Source of the DNA: Polyangia bacterium
Lineage (GTDB): Bacteria > Myxococcota_A > Polyangia > Fen-1088
Direction: 5' to 3'
DNA: 64,000 bases
Assembly: GCA_035548155.1 (NCBI GenBank)
Contig: DASZUD010000022.1
Location: 23,399-87,398, forward strand
The notes under the pieces are model-generated. The model had not been told where the DNA came from and made no database searches. It saw nothing but the letters and a program-made list of their open reading frames with translations. Of this stretch, positions 1 through 8,652 are shown in pieces. Position 1 is the stretch's first letter. The number at the start of each line of letters is the position of its first letter. The position numbers and the translations under genes are program-made.

Positions 1-102
1 GTAGAACTGATTGACGCCCGCCACGACCAGCACGGGCTCGGGCGCCGGCGCGGGGCCCCCCTGCACGGTGATGTCCTGCGATGTGAAGTCGGTGGCGGTC
101 AT
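1..102 (-). CDS. urtE: Urea ABC transporter ATP-binding protein UrtE, N-terminal fragment only (gene continues beyond the window start)
   Basis: Minus-strand translation from the ATG at 102-100 gives MTATDFTSQDITVQGGPAPAPEPVLVVAGVNQFY, which is typical of the UrtE/LivF N-terminus. The start overlaps the urtD stop by 4 bp. Confidence 0.55.
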   Translation of the reverse strand, partial: MTATDFTSQDITVQGGPAPAPEPVLVVAGVNQFY

Positions 103-830
103 GTCCCGAGATACACCTCGATGACGCGCGGGTTCTTCTGGATGATGTCCATGGGGCCCTCGGCCAGCACACGGCCTTCGTGAAGCACCGTCACGTTGCG
201 CGCGATGCTGCGCACGAACTCCATGTCGTGCTCGACGACGACGACCGTGTGCTTGCCCGCGAGGCTGCGGAACAGCTCCGCCGTGCGCTCCATCTCCGGC
301 TGGGTCATGCCGGCGACCGGCTCGTCGATGAACAGCACCTTCGGGTTCTGCGCGAGCAGCATGCCGATCTCGAGCCACTGCTTCTGGCCGTGCGACAAGA
401 GCCCTGCCTGCCGATCGCGCTGGCCCGCAAGCCCGATCGTCTCGAGCACCTCGTCGATGCGCTCCCGATCGGCCTTCGACAGCCGCGCGAACAGGCTGTG
501 AAACACGCCCTTTCGGCCCTGGAGCGCCAGCTCGCAGTTCTCGAACACCGAGTGCCCCTGGAACACCGTCGGTCGCTGAAACTTCCGCCCGATGCCCAGC
601 CCCGCGATCTCGCACTCGGACATGCGCGTCAGGTTCTGCAGCCGGCTCTCGAGGAAGACCGATCCTTCGTCGGGCTTCGTCTTGCCCGTGATGACGTCCA
701 TCAGCGTCGTCTTGCCGGCGCCGTTCGGACCGATGATGCAGCGAAGCTCGCCGCGGTCGAGCAGGATCGTCACGTCATCGAGCGCCTTGAAGCCGTCGAA
801 GCTGACCGTGAGGTTCTCGGCCCACAGCAT
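99..830 (-). CDS. urtD: Urea ABC transporter ATP-binding protein UrtD (LivG-like)
   Basis: Begins MLWAENLTVSFDGFKALDDVTILL, has Walker A GPNGAGKTT and signature LSHGQKQWLEIG. It sits in urtABCDE order. The long 639-aa ORF reaching upstream of the ATG at 830 is an artefact of the frame. Confidence 0.85.
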   Translation of the reverse strand: MLWAENLTVSFDGFKALDDVTILLDRGELRCIIGPNGAGKTTLMDVITGKTKPDEGSVFLESRLQNLTRMSECEIAGLGIGRKFQRPTVFQGHSVFENCELALQGRKGVFHSLFARLSKADRERIDEVLETIGLAGQRDRQAGLLSHGQKQWLEIGMLLAQNPKVLFIDEPVAGMTQPEMERTAELFRSLAGKHTVVVVEHDMEFVRSIARNVTVLHEGRVLAEGPMDIIQKNPRVIEVYLGT

Positions 831-919
831 GATGGGCGGCACCGCCGGCCGGGGGAACGTGTCGTCGCTGTGACCGACACCCGCGTTCGGCTGCAGCGCC
901 TCGGACGTCTCGGCCACGG

Positions 920-2062
920 TCACGCGCCCTCCAGCTGCTTCTGCGGCTCTTGCGGCGCCGGCCGCGCGGGCGTCACCGCCGGCGCGTGGGTGCGCCTCCG
1001 GGCGAGCCACGCCGTCAGCGGCGCCGCCGCGCCGACGATCCCCTTCGGCAGGAACAGCGTCACGAGCACGAACATGCCGCCCAGCGCGTACAGCCACGCC
1101 GACGGGAACGCCGCGGTCAGCCAGCTCTTCGCGCCGTTGACCAGCCACGCGCCCAGCAGCGCGCCCGTCAACGTGCCGCGCCCGCCGACGGCCACCCAGA
1201 TCGCCATCTCGATCGAGTTCGAGGGCTGCATCTCGCTGGGGTTGATGATGCCGACCTGCGGGACGTACAACGCGCCCGCGAGCGCGCACAGCACGGCCGA
1301 GAGCGTCCACACGAAGAGCTTGTAGTTCGTGGACTCGTAGCCGCAAAAGCGCGTCTTGAGCTCGGCGTCGCGCAGCGCCGTCAGGACGCGCCCGAGCTTG
1401 CTGGTCACGATGAACCGGCACAGCAAGTAGGTGCCCCCCAGCGCGCCCGCCGAGAAGAAGTACAGCATCAGCTTCGTCTGCGGCGCCTGCAGCGGCCAGC
1501 CCACGATGCGCTTGAAGTCCGTGAGGCCGTTGTTGCCGCCGAAGCCCGTGGCGTTCTGGAAGAAGAGCAGCATCGCCGCGTAGGTGAGCGCCTGCGTGAC
1601 GATCGAGAGGTACACGCCCTTGATGCGCGAACGGAACGTGAGCCACCCGAAGACGAGCGCCAGCAGCCCGGGCGCCAGCAGCAGCATCACCACGGCGAAC
1701 CCGAAGTTCTGGAAGCCGTGCCAGTACCAGGGCAGCTCCTTCCAGTCGAGGAACACCATGAAGTCCGGCAACTGGCTGCGGTACACGCCCTCGCCCGCGA
1801 TGGCGCGCATGAGGTACATGCCCATGCCGTAGCCGCCCAGCGCGAAAAAGAGGCCGTGGCCCAGGCTGAGGATGCCGGCGTATCCCCACAAGAGGTCCAT
1901 CGCCAGCGCGGCGATGCCGAAGCAGAGAAACTTGCCGAGCAGCGGGACCAGATAGGCCGGCGCGACGGCCGGCACGACGGCCGCGATGACGACGGCGAAC
2001 GCCGCGGCGCCGAGCCACCCCCGGCGCGAGTGCATCCCGGCGAGGCGCGCGAGCACGCTCAT
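920..2062 (-). CDS. urtC: Urea ABC transporter permease UrtC
   Basis: 380-aa LivM-like membrane protein with several hydrophobic segments. It lies between urtB and urtD and overlaps the urtB stop by 4 bp. Confidence 0.85.
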   Translation of the reverse strand: MSVLARLAGMHSRRGWLGAAAFAVVIAAVVPAVAPAYLVPLLGKFLCFGIAALAMDLLWGYAGILSLGHGLFFALGGYGMGMYLMRAIAGEGVYRSQLPDFMVFLDWKELPWYWHGFQNFGFAVVMLLLAPGLLALVFGWLTFRSRIKGVYLSIVTQALTYAAMLLFFQNATGFGGNNGLTDFKRIVGWPLQAPQTKLMLYFFSAGALGGTYLLCRFIVTSKLGRVLTALRDAELKTRFCGYESTNYKLFVWTLSAVLCALAGALYVPQVGIINPSEMQPSNSIEMAIWVAVGGRGTLTGALLGAWLVNGAKSWLTAAFPSAWLYALGGMFVLVTLFLPKGIVGAAAPLTAWLARRRTHAPAVTPARPAPQEPQKQLEGA

Positions 2063-3708
2063 GCCTCCACCCGGCCCTTGATGGCGAACAGGCCCTGCGG
2101 CCGTCGCTGGATGAAAAGGATGATGAACGTCAGCACGGCGATCTTTCCGAGGACGGCGCCCGCGAGGGGCTCGAGGAACTTGTTGAGGACGCCGAGGCCC
2201 AGCGCCGCCGCGACGGCGCCCGCGAGGCGACCCACGCCGCCCAGGACGACGACCATGAACGAATCGATGACGTACGTCTGGCCGAGCTCAGGCCCGACGT
2301 TCGAGAGCTGCGAGAGCGCGACGCCCCCCAACCCCGCGATGCCCGACCCGAGACCGAACATCCACATGTCGATGCGCTTGGTCGAGATGCCCATGCACGA
2401 CGCCATGGCGCGGTTCTGCGTCACGGCACGCACGTAGAGGCCGAGGCGCGTCTTCTGCAGCAGGAACCACACGCCCGCGGCGACGACGATCACGAAGGCG
2501 ATCACACCGACGCGGCTCCACGGCAGCACCAGACCGTGCGTCAGCTCGATGCCGCCCGCGAGCCAGTCCGGGTTCGCGACGGCGACGTTCTGCGCGCCGA
2601 AGATGAGGCGCACCGTCTGGATGAGTCCGAGGCTGATGCCCCACGTCGCGAGCAACGTCTCGAGCGGACGCCCGTAGAGGTGCTTGATGACGGTGCGCTC
2701 GAGCAGCATGCCCACCGCCATCGTCACCGCGAAGGCGACGGGGATCGCCGCGAGCAAGTACCAGCGGAAGGCACCCGGCAGGTGCGCCTGAAAGAAGCTC
2801 TGCACGGCGTACGTCGAGTACGCGCCCAGCATCAGCATCTCGCCGTGCGCCATGTTGATGACGCCCAGCAGCCCGAAGGTCACGGCGAGGCCCAGCGCCG
2901 CGAACAGCAGCACGCTCGCCAGCGACAGGCCGTGGATCAAGCTGCCGACGACGCTGACGAGGCGCTGCTGCCCGAGGATCCCGTTGACCACGTCCTGGGC
3001 AGCGGAGCGCACGCGCGCGTCGGGTTCTACGAACGCACCCTGCTCCGTCTTCGAGACCATGTGCTGCGCCGCCGCGAGGAACTCGTCGTTGCCGAGCTTC
3101 TTGATGACCGCGAGCGCCGCGATGCGCGCATCCGCGCTGGGGCTCTGCAGGTCGACGCGCGCGACGGCCAACGACAGCGCGTCACGCACCTTCGCGTCCT
3201 TTTCGCGATCGAGCGCCTTGTGCAGGAGGCTCGTCGCCTCTCCGCCGCCCCCCTTCGACAGCTCCTCCGCCGCCGCCAGCCGCTCCGCGGCGCTCGGCGA
3301 GCCGAGCCGCAACTGCGCGAGCACGGGCGCTGCGACGCGCCGGATGTCGTTCGAGACGTCGACCTCTTTCAAAGGTCTCGGCGCGTTGACCACCGCCAAG
3401 GTCAGCGGGTCCTTCGCATCGTGCGTCTTCGATTCCCAGATGTACGGCTTGCCGTCGGCACCGACGCGCAAGCGATCGTCGCAGAGAGCATCCAGCGCCG
3501 GCCACGCGCGCGCATCGTCGAGCGTGCCGAGCTTGCGGATGCTGTCTTCGACCTTCTCTTCGGACGACGCCGCCAACCCGGCGACGGCGTCTTCAAGCGC
3601 CCCGGCGTGAGCGGCCGAACTCGACAACAAGACCAGCAGCACGCTCGCCCCCGAAAGAGCCGCTCGTCTGGCCGTCGTCCTTCCGCTCACGCCGGGTGCC
3701 TCCGTCAC
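2059..3708 (-). CDS. urtB: Urea ABC transporter permease UrtB with a roughly 230-aa N-terminal extension that carries a signal peptide
   Basis: The C-terminal 300 aa form a LivH-like permease (LGLAVTFGLLGVINMAHGEM...). The N-terminus has a signal-like segment followed by a helical, HEAT-like region. Confidence 0.8.
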   Translation of the reverse strand: MTEAPGVSGRTTARRAALSGASVLLVLLSSSAAHAGALEDAVAGLAASSEEKVEDSIRKLGTLDDARAWPALDALCDDRLRVGADGKPYIWESKTHDAKDPLTLAVVNAPRPLKEVDVSNDIRRVAAPVLAQLRLGSPSAAERLAAAEELSKGGGGEATSLLHKALDREKDAKVRDALSLAVARVDLQSPSADARIAALAVIKKLGNDEFLAAAQHMVSKTEQGAFVEPDARVRSAAQDVVNGILGQQRLVSVVGSLIHGLSLASVLLFAALGLAVTFGLLGVINMAHGEMLMLGAYSTYAVQSFFQAHLPGAFRWYLLAAIPVAFAVTMAVGMLLERTVIKHLYGRPLETLLATWGISLGLIQTVRLIFGAQNVAVANPDWLAGGIELTHGLVLPWSRVGVIAFVIVVAAGVWFLLQKTRLGLYVRAVTQNRAMASCMGISTKRIDMWMFGLGSGIAGLGGVALSQLSNVGPELGQTYVIDSFMVVVLGGVGRLAGAVAAALGLGVLNKFLEPLAGAVLGKIAVLTFIILFIQRRPQGLFAIKGRVEA

Positions 3709-3768
3709 TTCAGTGTTCTCCTAGGTCCCATTAAGCTCTGATTACGTTTCGTGCGGGTTTCCAGCGCG

Positions 3769-5151
3769 TTACTTCGCTTCGGCGACGGCCGGCGCGCCGC
3801 CGAACTTGGCCGCCGTGCAGTTGCCGCACGCCCACGGGTACAGCCAGTTCGCGATCTTGCCCTTGTCGTCCGGGATGTACGGGCTCCACGCCTGCGCCTT
3901 GATCGGGCCGTCCGTCTTCCACACGACGTGGAACTGACCGTCCGCCTTGACCTCGCCGATGTAGACCGGCTTGTGCAGGTGGTGGTTCTCGGCGTCCATC
4001 TCGATGTCGAAGCCCGACGGCGACTTGAAGTGCTGGTACCCGATCGCCTGGCGGACGGCGTCGACGTTGGTCGTGTGCGCCTGCTCGACGGCCTGCGCCC
4101 ACATGTGGATGCCGATGTACGTGGCCTCCATCGGATCGTTGGTGACGCGCTTGTCGCCGCCCGGGAGGTTGTTCTTCTTCACGTATGCCATCCACTTGTC
4201 GACGAACGCCTTGTTGGTCGGGTTGTCGATCGACTCGAAGTAGTTCCAGGCCGCCAGCTGGCCCACGAGCGGCTTCGTGTCGATCCCGCGAAGCTCCTCC
4301 TCGCCGACCGAGAACGCGACCACGGGGATGTCCGTCGCCTTGATGCCCTGGTTGCCGAGCTCCTTGTAGAACGGCACGTTCGAGTCGCCGTTGATCGTCG
4401 AGACGACCGCCGTGCGCTTGCCGGCCGCGAACTTCTTGATGTCCGCGACGATCGTCTGGTAGTCGCTGTGGCCGAACGGCGTGTACTTCTCCATGATGTC
4501 GTCGTCGGCCACGCCCTTCGCGTGCAGGAAGTAGCGCAGGATCTTGTTCGTCGTGCGCGGGTAGACGTAGTCGGTGCCGAGGAGCACCCAGCGCTTGGCG
4601 CCGCCGCCCTTCTTGCCCATGAGGTACTCGACGGCCGGGATCGCCTGCTGGTTGGGCGCCGCGCCCGTGTAGAAGACGTTCCACGACGACTCTTCACCCT
4701 CGTACTGCACGGGGTAGAAGAGCAGCCCGTTGAGCTCCTCGTAGACGGGGAGGACCGACTTGCGCGAGACCGACGTCCAGCACCCGAAGGTCACGGCGAC
4801 CTTCTCCTTCTGGATGAGGTCGCGCGCCTTCTCGGCGAACAGCGGCCAGTTCGACGCCGGGTCGACGACCACCGGCTCGAGCTTCCGGCCGAGCACGCCG
4901 CCCGCCTCGTTGATCTCCTCGATCGTCATGAGCGCGACGTCCTTCAGCGACGTCTCGCTGATGGCCATCGTGCCCGACAGCGAGTGGAGGATGCCGACCT
5001 TGATCGGCCCCTTGTCGTCGGCGGGCGCCGACGCCGCCGGCGCGGCAGGCGCGGCCGGGGCCGCGGCCGGAGCGGGCTCCGCCGGCTTCGAGCACGCCGC
5101 GAAGGTCCCGAGCGACCCCGCGAGCAGAACACCACAGAAGGATTTGCGCAT
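3769..5151 (-). CDS. urtA: Urea ABC transporter substrate-binding lipoprotein UrtA
   Basis: Contains the UrtA motif VGILHSLSGTMAISE. It has a lipobox (LGTFAAC) followed by a Pro/Ala-rich linker. A GGGGAGG ribosome-binding site precedes the ATG at 5151, and the stop is TAA at 3769. Confidence 0.85.
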   Translation of the reverse strand: MRKSFCGVLLAGSLGTFAACSKPAEPAPAAAPAAPAAPAASAPADDKGPIKVGILHSLSGTMAISETSLKDVALMTIEEINEAGGVLGRKLEPVVVDPASNWPLFAEKARDLIQKEKVAVTFGCWTSVSRKSVLPVYEELNGLLFYPVQYEGEESSWNVFYTGAAPNQQAIPAVEYLMGKKGGGAKRWVLLGTDYVYPRTTNKILRYFLHAKGVADDDIMEKYTPFGHSDYQTIVADIKKFAAGKRTAVVSTINGDSNVPFYKELGNQGIKATDIPVVAFSVGEEELRGIDTKPLVGQLAAWNYFESIDNPTNKAFVDKWMAYVKKNNLPGGDKRVTNDPMEATYIGIHMWAQAVEQAHTTNVDAVRQAIGYQHFKSPSGFDIEMDAENHHLHKPVYIGEVKADGQFHVVWKTDGPIKAQAWSPYIPDDKGKIANWLYPWACGNCTAAKFGGAPAVAEAK

Positions 5152-5154
5152 GGT

Positions 5155-5190
5155 CCTGAACCTCCCCTCGTTCACCTGAACCTCGTTCAG
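5155..5190. repeat. Direct repeat of CCTGAACCTC spaced 20 bp apart, with GTTCAG inverted elements, just upstream of the urtA start
   Basis: Seen directly: CCTGAACCTCccctcgttcaCCTGAACCTCGTTCAG. It abuts the urtA ribosome-binding site and lies in a locally AT-richer spacer between the porin and urtA. Confidence 0.5.
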
Positions 5191-5241
5191 TTTCCGGGTT
5201 GTAAATTGTTTGTTCATTGGTCGATTCGTCCGTTGTACGGC

Positions 5242-6471
5242 TTAGAAGAAGATCGCCTGCGCGTTGAGCCCGATGGCGTTGGCGGTCACGTCGCTCGCCA
5301 GCTTCGTGTAGCTGTACGTCGCGTTGAGGCGAAGCGCCGGGCCCTTGATGAGGTACGACACCGCGGCGTCGACGTTCCACGGGTTCGTCCCGGTGTTGCC
5401 CTTGATCGTCTCGCCCTGGTAGCGAACCATCGGCTGGATGTTGCCGATGCCGATCACGGGCGTCGCGTACGCCAGCGTCCCGTAATAGAAGTTGCTCACG
5501 CCGTTATCGAGCACGTTGTAGTGGTAGTAGGCGCCGCTGACCGAGAGGTACGAGCCCGGCGCGCCGAGCTTCTTCTCGAAGAGCCCGTCGACGTTGATGT
5601 CGGCGTAGTCCTTGTCGCCGCCCGCCATCGTCGAGCTGCCGTGCTTCTGGAACTGGCCGCCCACGTCGAAGCTCAGGATGTCCTTGTCGCCGAAGTACGT
5701 GCCGTTGCCCCAGAAGCCGGTCTCCTTGTCGAACAGCGAGATGCGCACGCGCCCCGAGTAGAGCGGGCTCGTGGCGATGTTGCCGTTGTCATAGACGCCC
5801 GCGAAGTACGACACCCTGCCGCCGGCGATGTCGCCCCAGACGTTGACGCCGTTGTTGCGCCCGAAGGGTCCTTCGGCAGGAGCGCCCACGGCCGGGGCGA
5901 AGAAGCCCGGGTAGTTCCAGGGGATCATGAAGAACGGGCCCGACGAGTTGTCGCGGTCGACCATGACCAAGAGGTGGCCCGCCCACACGTGAAACTCGTC
6001 CATCGGGTCGTAAGCGATGATCGCGTCCTCGACCTGCGCGGCCGCCGGACCGCCGGAGGTGCCGTAGTTCGCCATGTCGGCGTTGAGGTTCAGCGTGACG
6101 CTGAACTCCTTGGTGAGCTTGCCGCCGGCGTGAAGCTCGACATAGGCGCTGCTCATGTGCCAGTCGTTGAGCTTCTTCTGGTTCTGGCCCTGGAAGAGGC
6201 TGCCGACGCGCACCCAGGCGCCGACGTCGATCGGCGGCAGGACGTCCGGGCGGGTCGCCGGCATCGTCTCGGCGGCCGCCGGCGGCTTGGTCTCGACAGG
6301 CGCGGCCGCGGGCGGAGGAGGCGGCGGCGTCGCGGGAGCCTCGGCCGGCGGAGCGCCAGCCGGCGGCGCCGTGTCCTCTGCGAGCGCCGGAGCGGCCCAC
6401 AGCAACGCCCCCAACATCGCGCCCGTCGCCAGCTTCGTACAACGCGAACCGATAGTGCCGTCTCTCATCAT
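5242..6471 (-). CDS. Outer-membrane porin-like beta-barrel, possibly a urea or short-chain-amide porin
   Basis: Has a signal peptide and a Pro/Ala-rich linker. The body shows alternating beta-strand hydrophobicity and ends in the C-terminal aromatic IFF. It lies immediately upstream of urtA on the same strand. Confidence 0.55.
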   Translation of the reverse strand: MMRDGTIGSRCTKLATGAMLGALLWAAPALAEDTAPPAGAPPAEAPATPPPPPPAAAPVETKPPAAAETMPATRPDVLPPIDVGAWVRVGSLFQGQNQKKLNDWHMSSAYVELHAGGKLTKEFSVTLNLNADMANYGTSGGPAAAQVEDAIIAYDPMDEFHVWAGHLLVMVDRDNSSGPFFMIPWNYPGFFAPAVGAPAEGPFGRNNGVNVWGDIAGGRVSYFAGVYDNGNIATSPLYSGRVRISLFDKETGFWGNGTYFGDKDILSFDVGGQFQKHGSSTMAGGDKDYADINVDGLFEKKLGAPGSYLSVSGAYYHYNVLDNGVSNFYYGTLAYATPVIGIGNIQPMVRYQGETIKGNTGTNPWNVDAAVSYLIKGPALRLNATYSYTKLASDVTANAIGLNAQAIFF

Positions 6472-6732
6472 TTTTCCAGTCTCGTGATTGCCCCAGGCAC
6501 ACCTCGGGCGTACTGCGGTCGGAGCTCGACCGCCGGGCCACCCGGTGCGGGCCGTTCAACCGGCGGCCCGTTGCAATCACGTTCTGGGTCGGGCCGCCGA
6601 AACTTCCGTGTGAGTTGCGACCACCCTATCCGACAGAAGTAAACGGCAGATTTCCGAGTCGACTGACTTGCGTAACATTGGGTCCAAGACGACACGCGTG
6701 TTTCGGACCTCGCCGCGAGCCCCCACGGCTGT

Positions 6733-8544
6733 TCAAGTGAACGACTTGCGGAACGCGCGCCAGCCGCCGAACGAGGAGATCTCTCGCGCGCCGCCCAGCG
6801 CGTGCGGCTCGCACAAGAAACCGCTCACGCGCGCGCCGTCCTCCAGCTCCAGGCTGCCGATGCACAACGGCGCGGGCACGCGCGCCACGAACTCGCCGAA
6901 CGCGCGCGGATGCAGCGCCCACACCTCGACCTCGATCGCGGCGCCGCCCTCCCCCGCGCGCACGAGCCCCGGCTTCGGTGGCGTCGTGTTCGGCAGCGCG
7001 AACAGCTGATATCGCGGCGCCGTTCGGCACGCGCGCACCAGCACCCCGCCGACGCTCGTCAGCTGATGATTGAGCGGCTCGCCCGAGAGGTGGGCGCCCA
7101 CGACGCCGAGCCGCGGCCACGACGCGGGCGCCGAGGTGACCGGCGCGACGTCGGGGTGGCGGGCGGTCGTCGCGCCCAGCTGGTGACCGACGAGCGCGCG
7201 CTCGAAGCGGTCCGCGAAGCCCGCGAGCCGACCGTCCTCGCCCCAGCGCCCGATGAAGGTGATCCCCGCGGGCAGTCCGTCGGCGCGGAAGCCCGCGGGC
7301 ACGGCGACGGCCGACAGTCCCAGCAGGTTGACGAAATTCACGTACGCACCCAGCGTCGCGTTGAGCCGCAACGGGTCGGCCTCGACGGCCGCCACCGTGT
7401 AAATCGTGGGCGCCGTCGGCACGACGAGACAATCCACGCCCGCGAGCGCGCGCATCGCACGCCGGCCGAGCGCCAGGCGCTGCCGCAGGCCGGCGAACAC
7501 CGCGGCGCCGTCGCGCCGCCGCGCGCCCTCCAAGATCTCGCGGATCACGGGCAACAGCGCGCTGGGATCGCGCGCGAGCAGCGCGCCCGCGGCCTCGAGG
7601 CGCTCGGCGACGAAGGGGCCGTCGTACAGCAGCGCCGCCGTGTCCGCGAACGGCTGGAAGTCGATCGACACGGGGTCGCCGCCCAGCGCCCGCAGCCGCT
7701 CGAGCGCCTCGCCGAAGGCCCGCTCGGCCAGCGGGTCGCCGCAGAACCCGAGGTGGGGCGCCGCGGGCACGCCGAAGCGGAAACGCGCGGGCGCCGCCGC
7801 GACGGCGCTCGAGACGTCGTCGGCCTCGGCGCGCGAGTACGGATCCGCCTCGTCGTAGCCGCGCGCGAGCTCGGCGACGGCGGCGCCGTCGGCCGTGGTG
7901 AGCGCGAAGACCGACACGCAGTCGAGCGAGCGGCACGCGGGAACGACGCCGCGCGTGCTGAGCAGGCCGGGGCTCGGCTTGATGCCGGCGATGTTGTTGT
8001 AGCCCGCGGGCACGCGGCCCGACCCCGCCGTGTCCGTCCCCAGCGCGAAGCTGACGAGCCCCGTGGAGACGGCCACCGCCGATCCGGAGCTGGAGCCTCC
8101 GGGGATCATGCGTGCGTCGAAGGGATTCCGGGGAACCCCGTAAGGCGAGCGCGCGCCCACGAGCCCCGTCGCGAACTGGTCCAAATTCGTCTTGCCGACG
8201 GGGATCGCGCCCGCGGCGACGAGCTTCTTCACGACGGCGGCGTCCTCGACCGGCGTGAACGAAAACGCGGGGCACGCGGCCGTCGTCGGCAGGCCCGCGA
8301 CGTCGATGTTGTCCTTCACGGCGAACGGCACCCCGTAGAGGGGGAGCGCCTCGCCCGCCCGGCGGCGTTCCTCGACGGCGCGCGCGCGGGCCAGCAGCGC
8401 TTCGCGGCCGAACACCGAGATCCAGACCCCGTCGTCACCACGCCGAGCGATCCGCGCCAGCACGTCCTCGATCGTGTCCGTGGGCTTGGCGTTCCTGTCC
8501 GCGAGCGATTGCAGATCGAGGCTGGGATCCGTCACGCGTTCCAT
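6733..8544 (-). CDS. Allophanate hydrolase (AtzF-like amidase-signature enzyme with a C-terminal domain)
   Basis: Carries the amidase signature GGSSSGSAVAVSTGLVSFALGTDTAGSGRVPA and has the roughly 600-aa length expected. Its C-terminal 130-aa domain (VVGAHLSGEPLNHQL...) is like the allophanate hydrolase C-domain. I took MERVTDPSLDL as the start. Confidence 0.7.
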   Translation of the reverse strand: MERVTDPSLDLQSLADRNAKPTDTIEDVLARIARRGDDGVWISVFGREALLARARAVEERRRAGEALPLYGVPFAVKDNIDVAGLPTTAACPAFSFTPVEDAAVVKKLVAAGAIPVGKTNLDQFATGLVGARSPYGVPRNPFDARMIPGGSSSGSAVAVSTGLVSFALGTDTAGSGRVPAGYNNIAGIKPSPGLLSTRGVVPACRSLDCVSVFALTTADGAAVAELARGYDEADPYSRAEADDVSSAVAAAPARFRFGVPAAPHLGFCGDPLAERAFGEALERLRALGGDPVSIDFQPFADTAALLYDGPFVAERLEAAGALLARDPSALLPVIREILEGARRRDGAAVFAGLRQRLALGRRAMRALAGVDCLVVPTAPTIYTVAAVEADPLRLNATLGAYVNFVNLLGLSAVAVPAGFRADGLPAGITFIGRWGEDGRLAGFADRFERALVGHQLGATTARHPDVAPVTSAPASWPRLGVVGAHLSGEPLNHQLTSVGGVLVRACRTAPRYQLFALPNTTPPKPGLVRAGEGGAAIEVEVWALHPRAFGEFVARVPAPLCIGSLELEDGARVSGFLCEPHALGGAREISSFGGWRAFRKSFT

Positions 8545-8652
8545 CGTGCTTCGCACAATGCACGAACGCTTGCGCCGCGCGCACCTCCATTCGCTCACCG
8601 ACGGTCAAGTTACGAAGAATGGCGTCGTCGGAAAACTTCGAGAAACACGGCG
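8545..8652. promoter_or_regulatory. Divergent intergenic region of about 108 bp between the allophanate hydrolase and the BMP-type ABC operon; likely a shared regulatory region
   Basis: It is the only non-coding DNA between two divergently oriented units that are functionally linked. I did not verify any consensus promoter. Confidence 0.3.

Noticed and set aside
99-2018. 639-aa ORF fusing urtD with upstream sequence.
   Set aside because: Only the C-terminal 243 aa (from MLWAENL at 830) are UrtD. The N-terminal 400 aa are an Arg-rich frame artefact overlapping the real urtC in another frame.
6290-6400. GC-rich low-complexity stretch (GGCGGC/GCCGGC runs) that could be mistaken for a repeat array.
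   Set aside because: It encodes the Pro/Ala-rich linker of the porin N-terminus on the minus strand and is not a spacer-repeat structure. No CRISPR-like regular repeats exist anywhere in the window.
3751-6642. 963-aa plus-strand ORF, with similar very long Arg/Ala/Gly-rich ORFs at 6626-8275, 6802-9771 (N-terminal part), 14970-15926, 16052-17590, 18394-19878, 21541-22869, 23558-24886, 27440-29119, 31321-34182, 44527-47220 and 56432-59074.
   Set aside because: They run antisense to, or out of frame with, genes that have clear family signatures. Their composition (poly-R/A/G/D, RRRR runs) is the classic open-frame artefact of 70% GC DNA. None shows recognisable motifs.
8545-8652. ATGCACGaacgcTTGCG, checked as a possible sigma-54 promoter in the atzF/bmp divergent region.
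   Set aside because: It lacks the conserved GG dinucleotide of the -24 element, so it fails the consensus.
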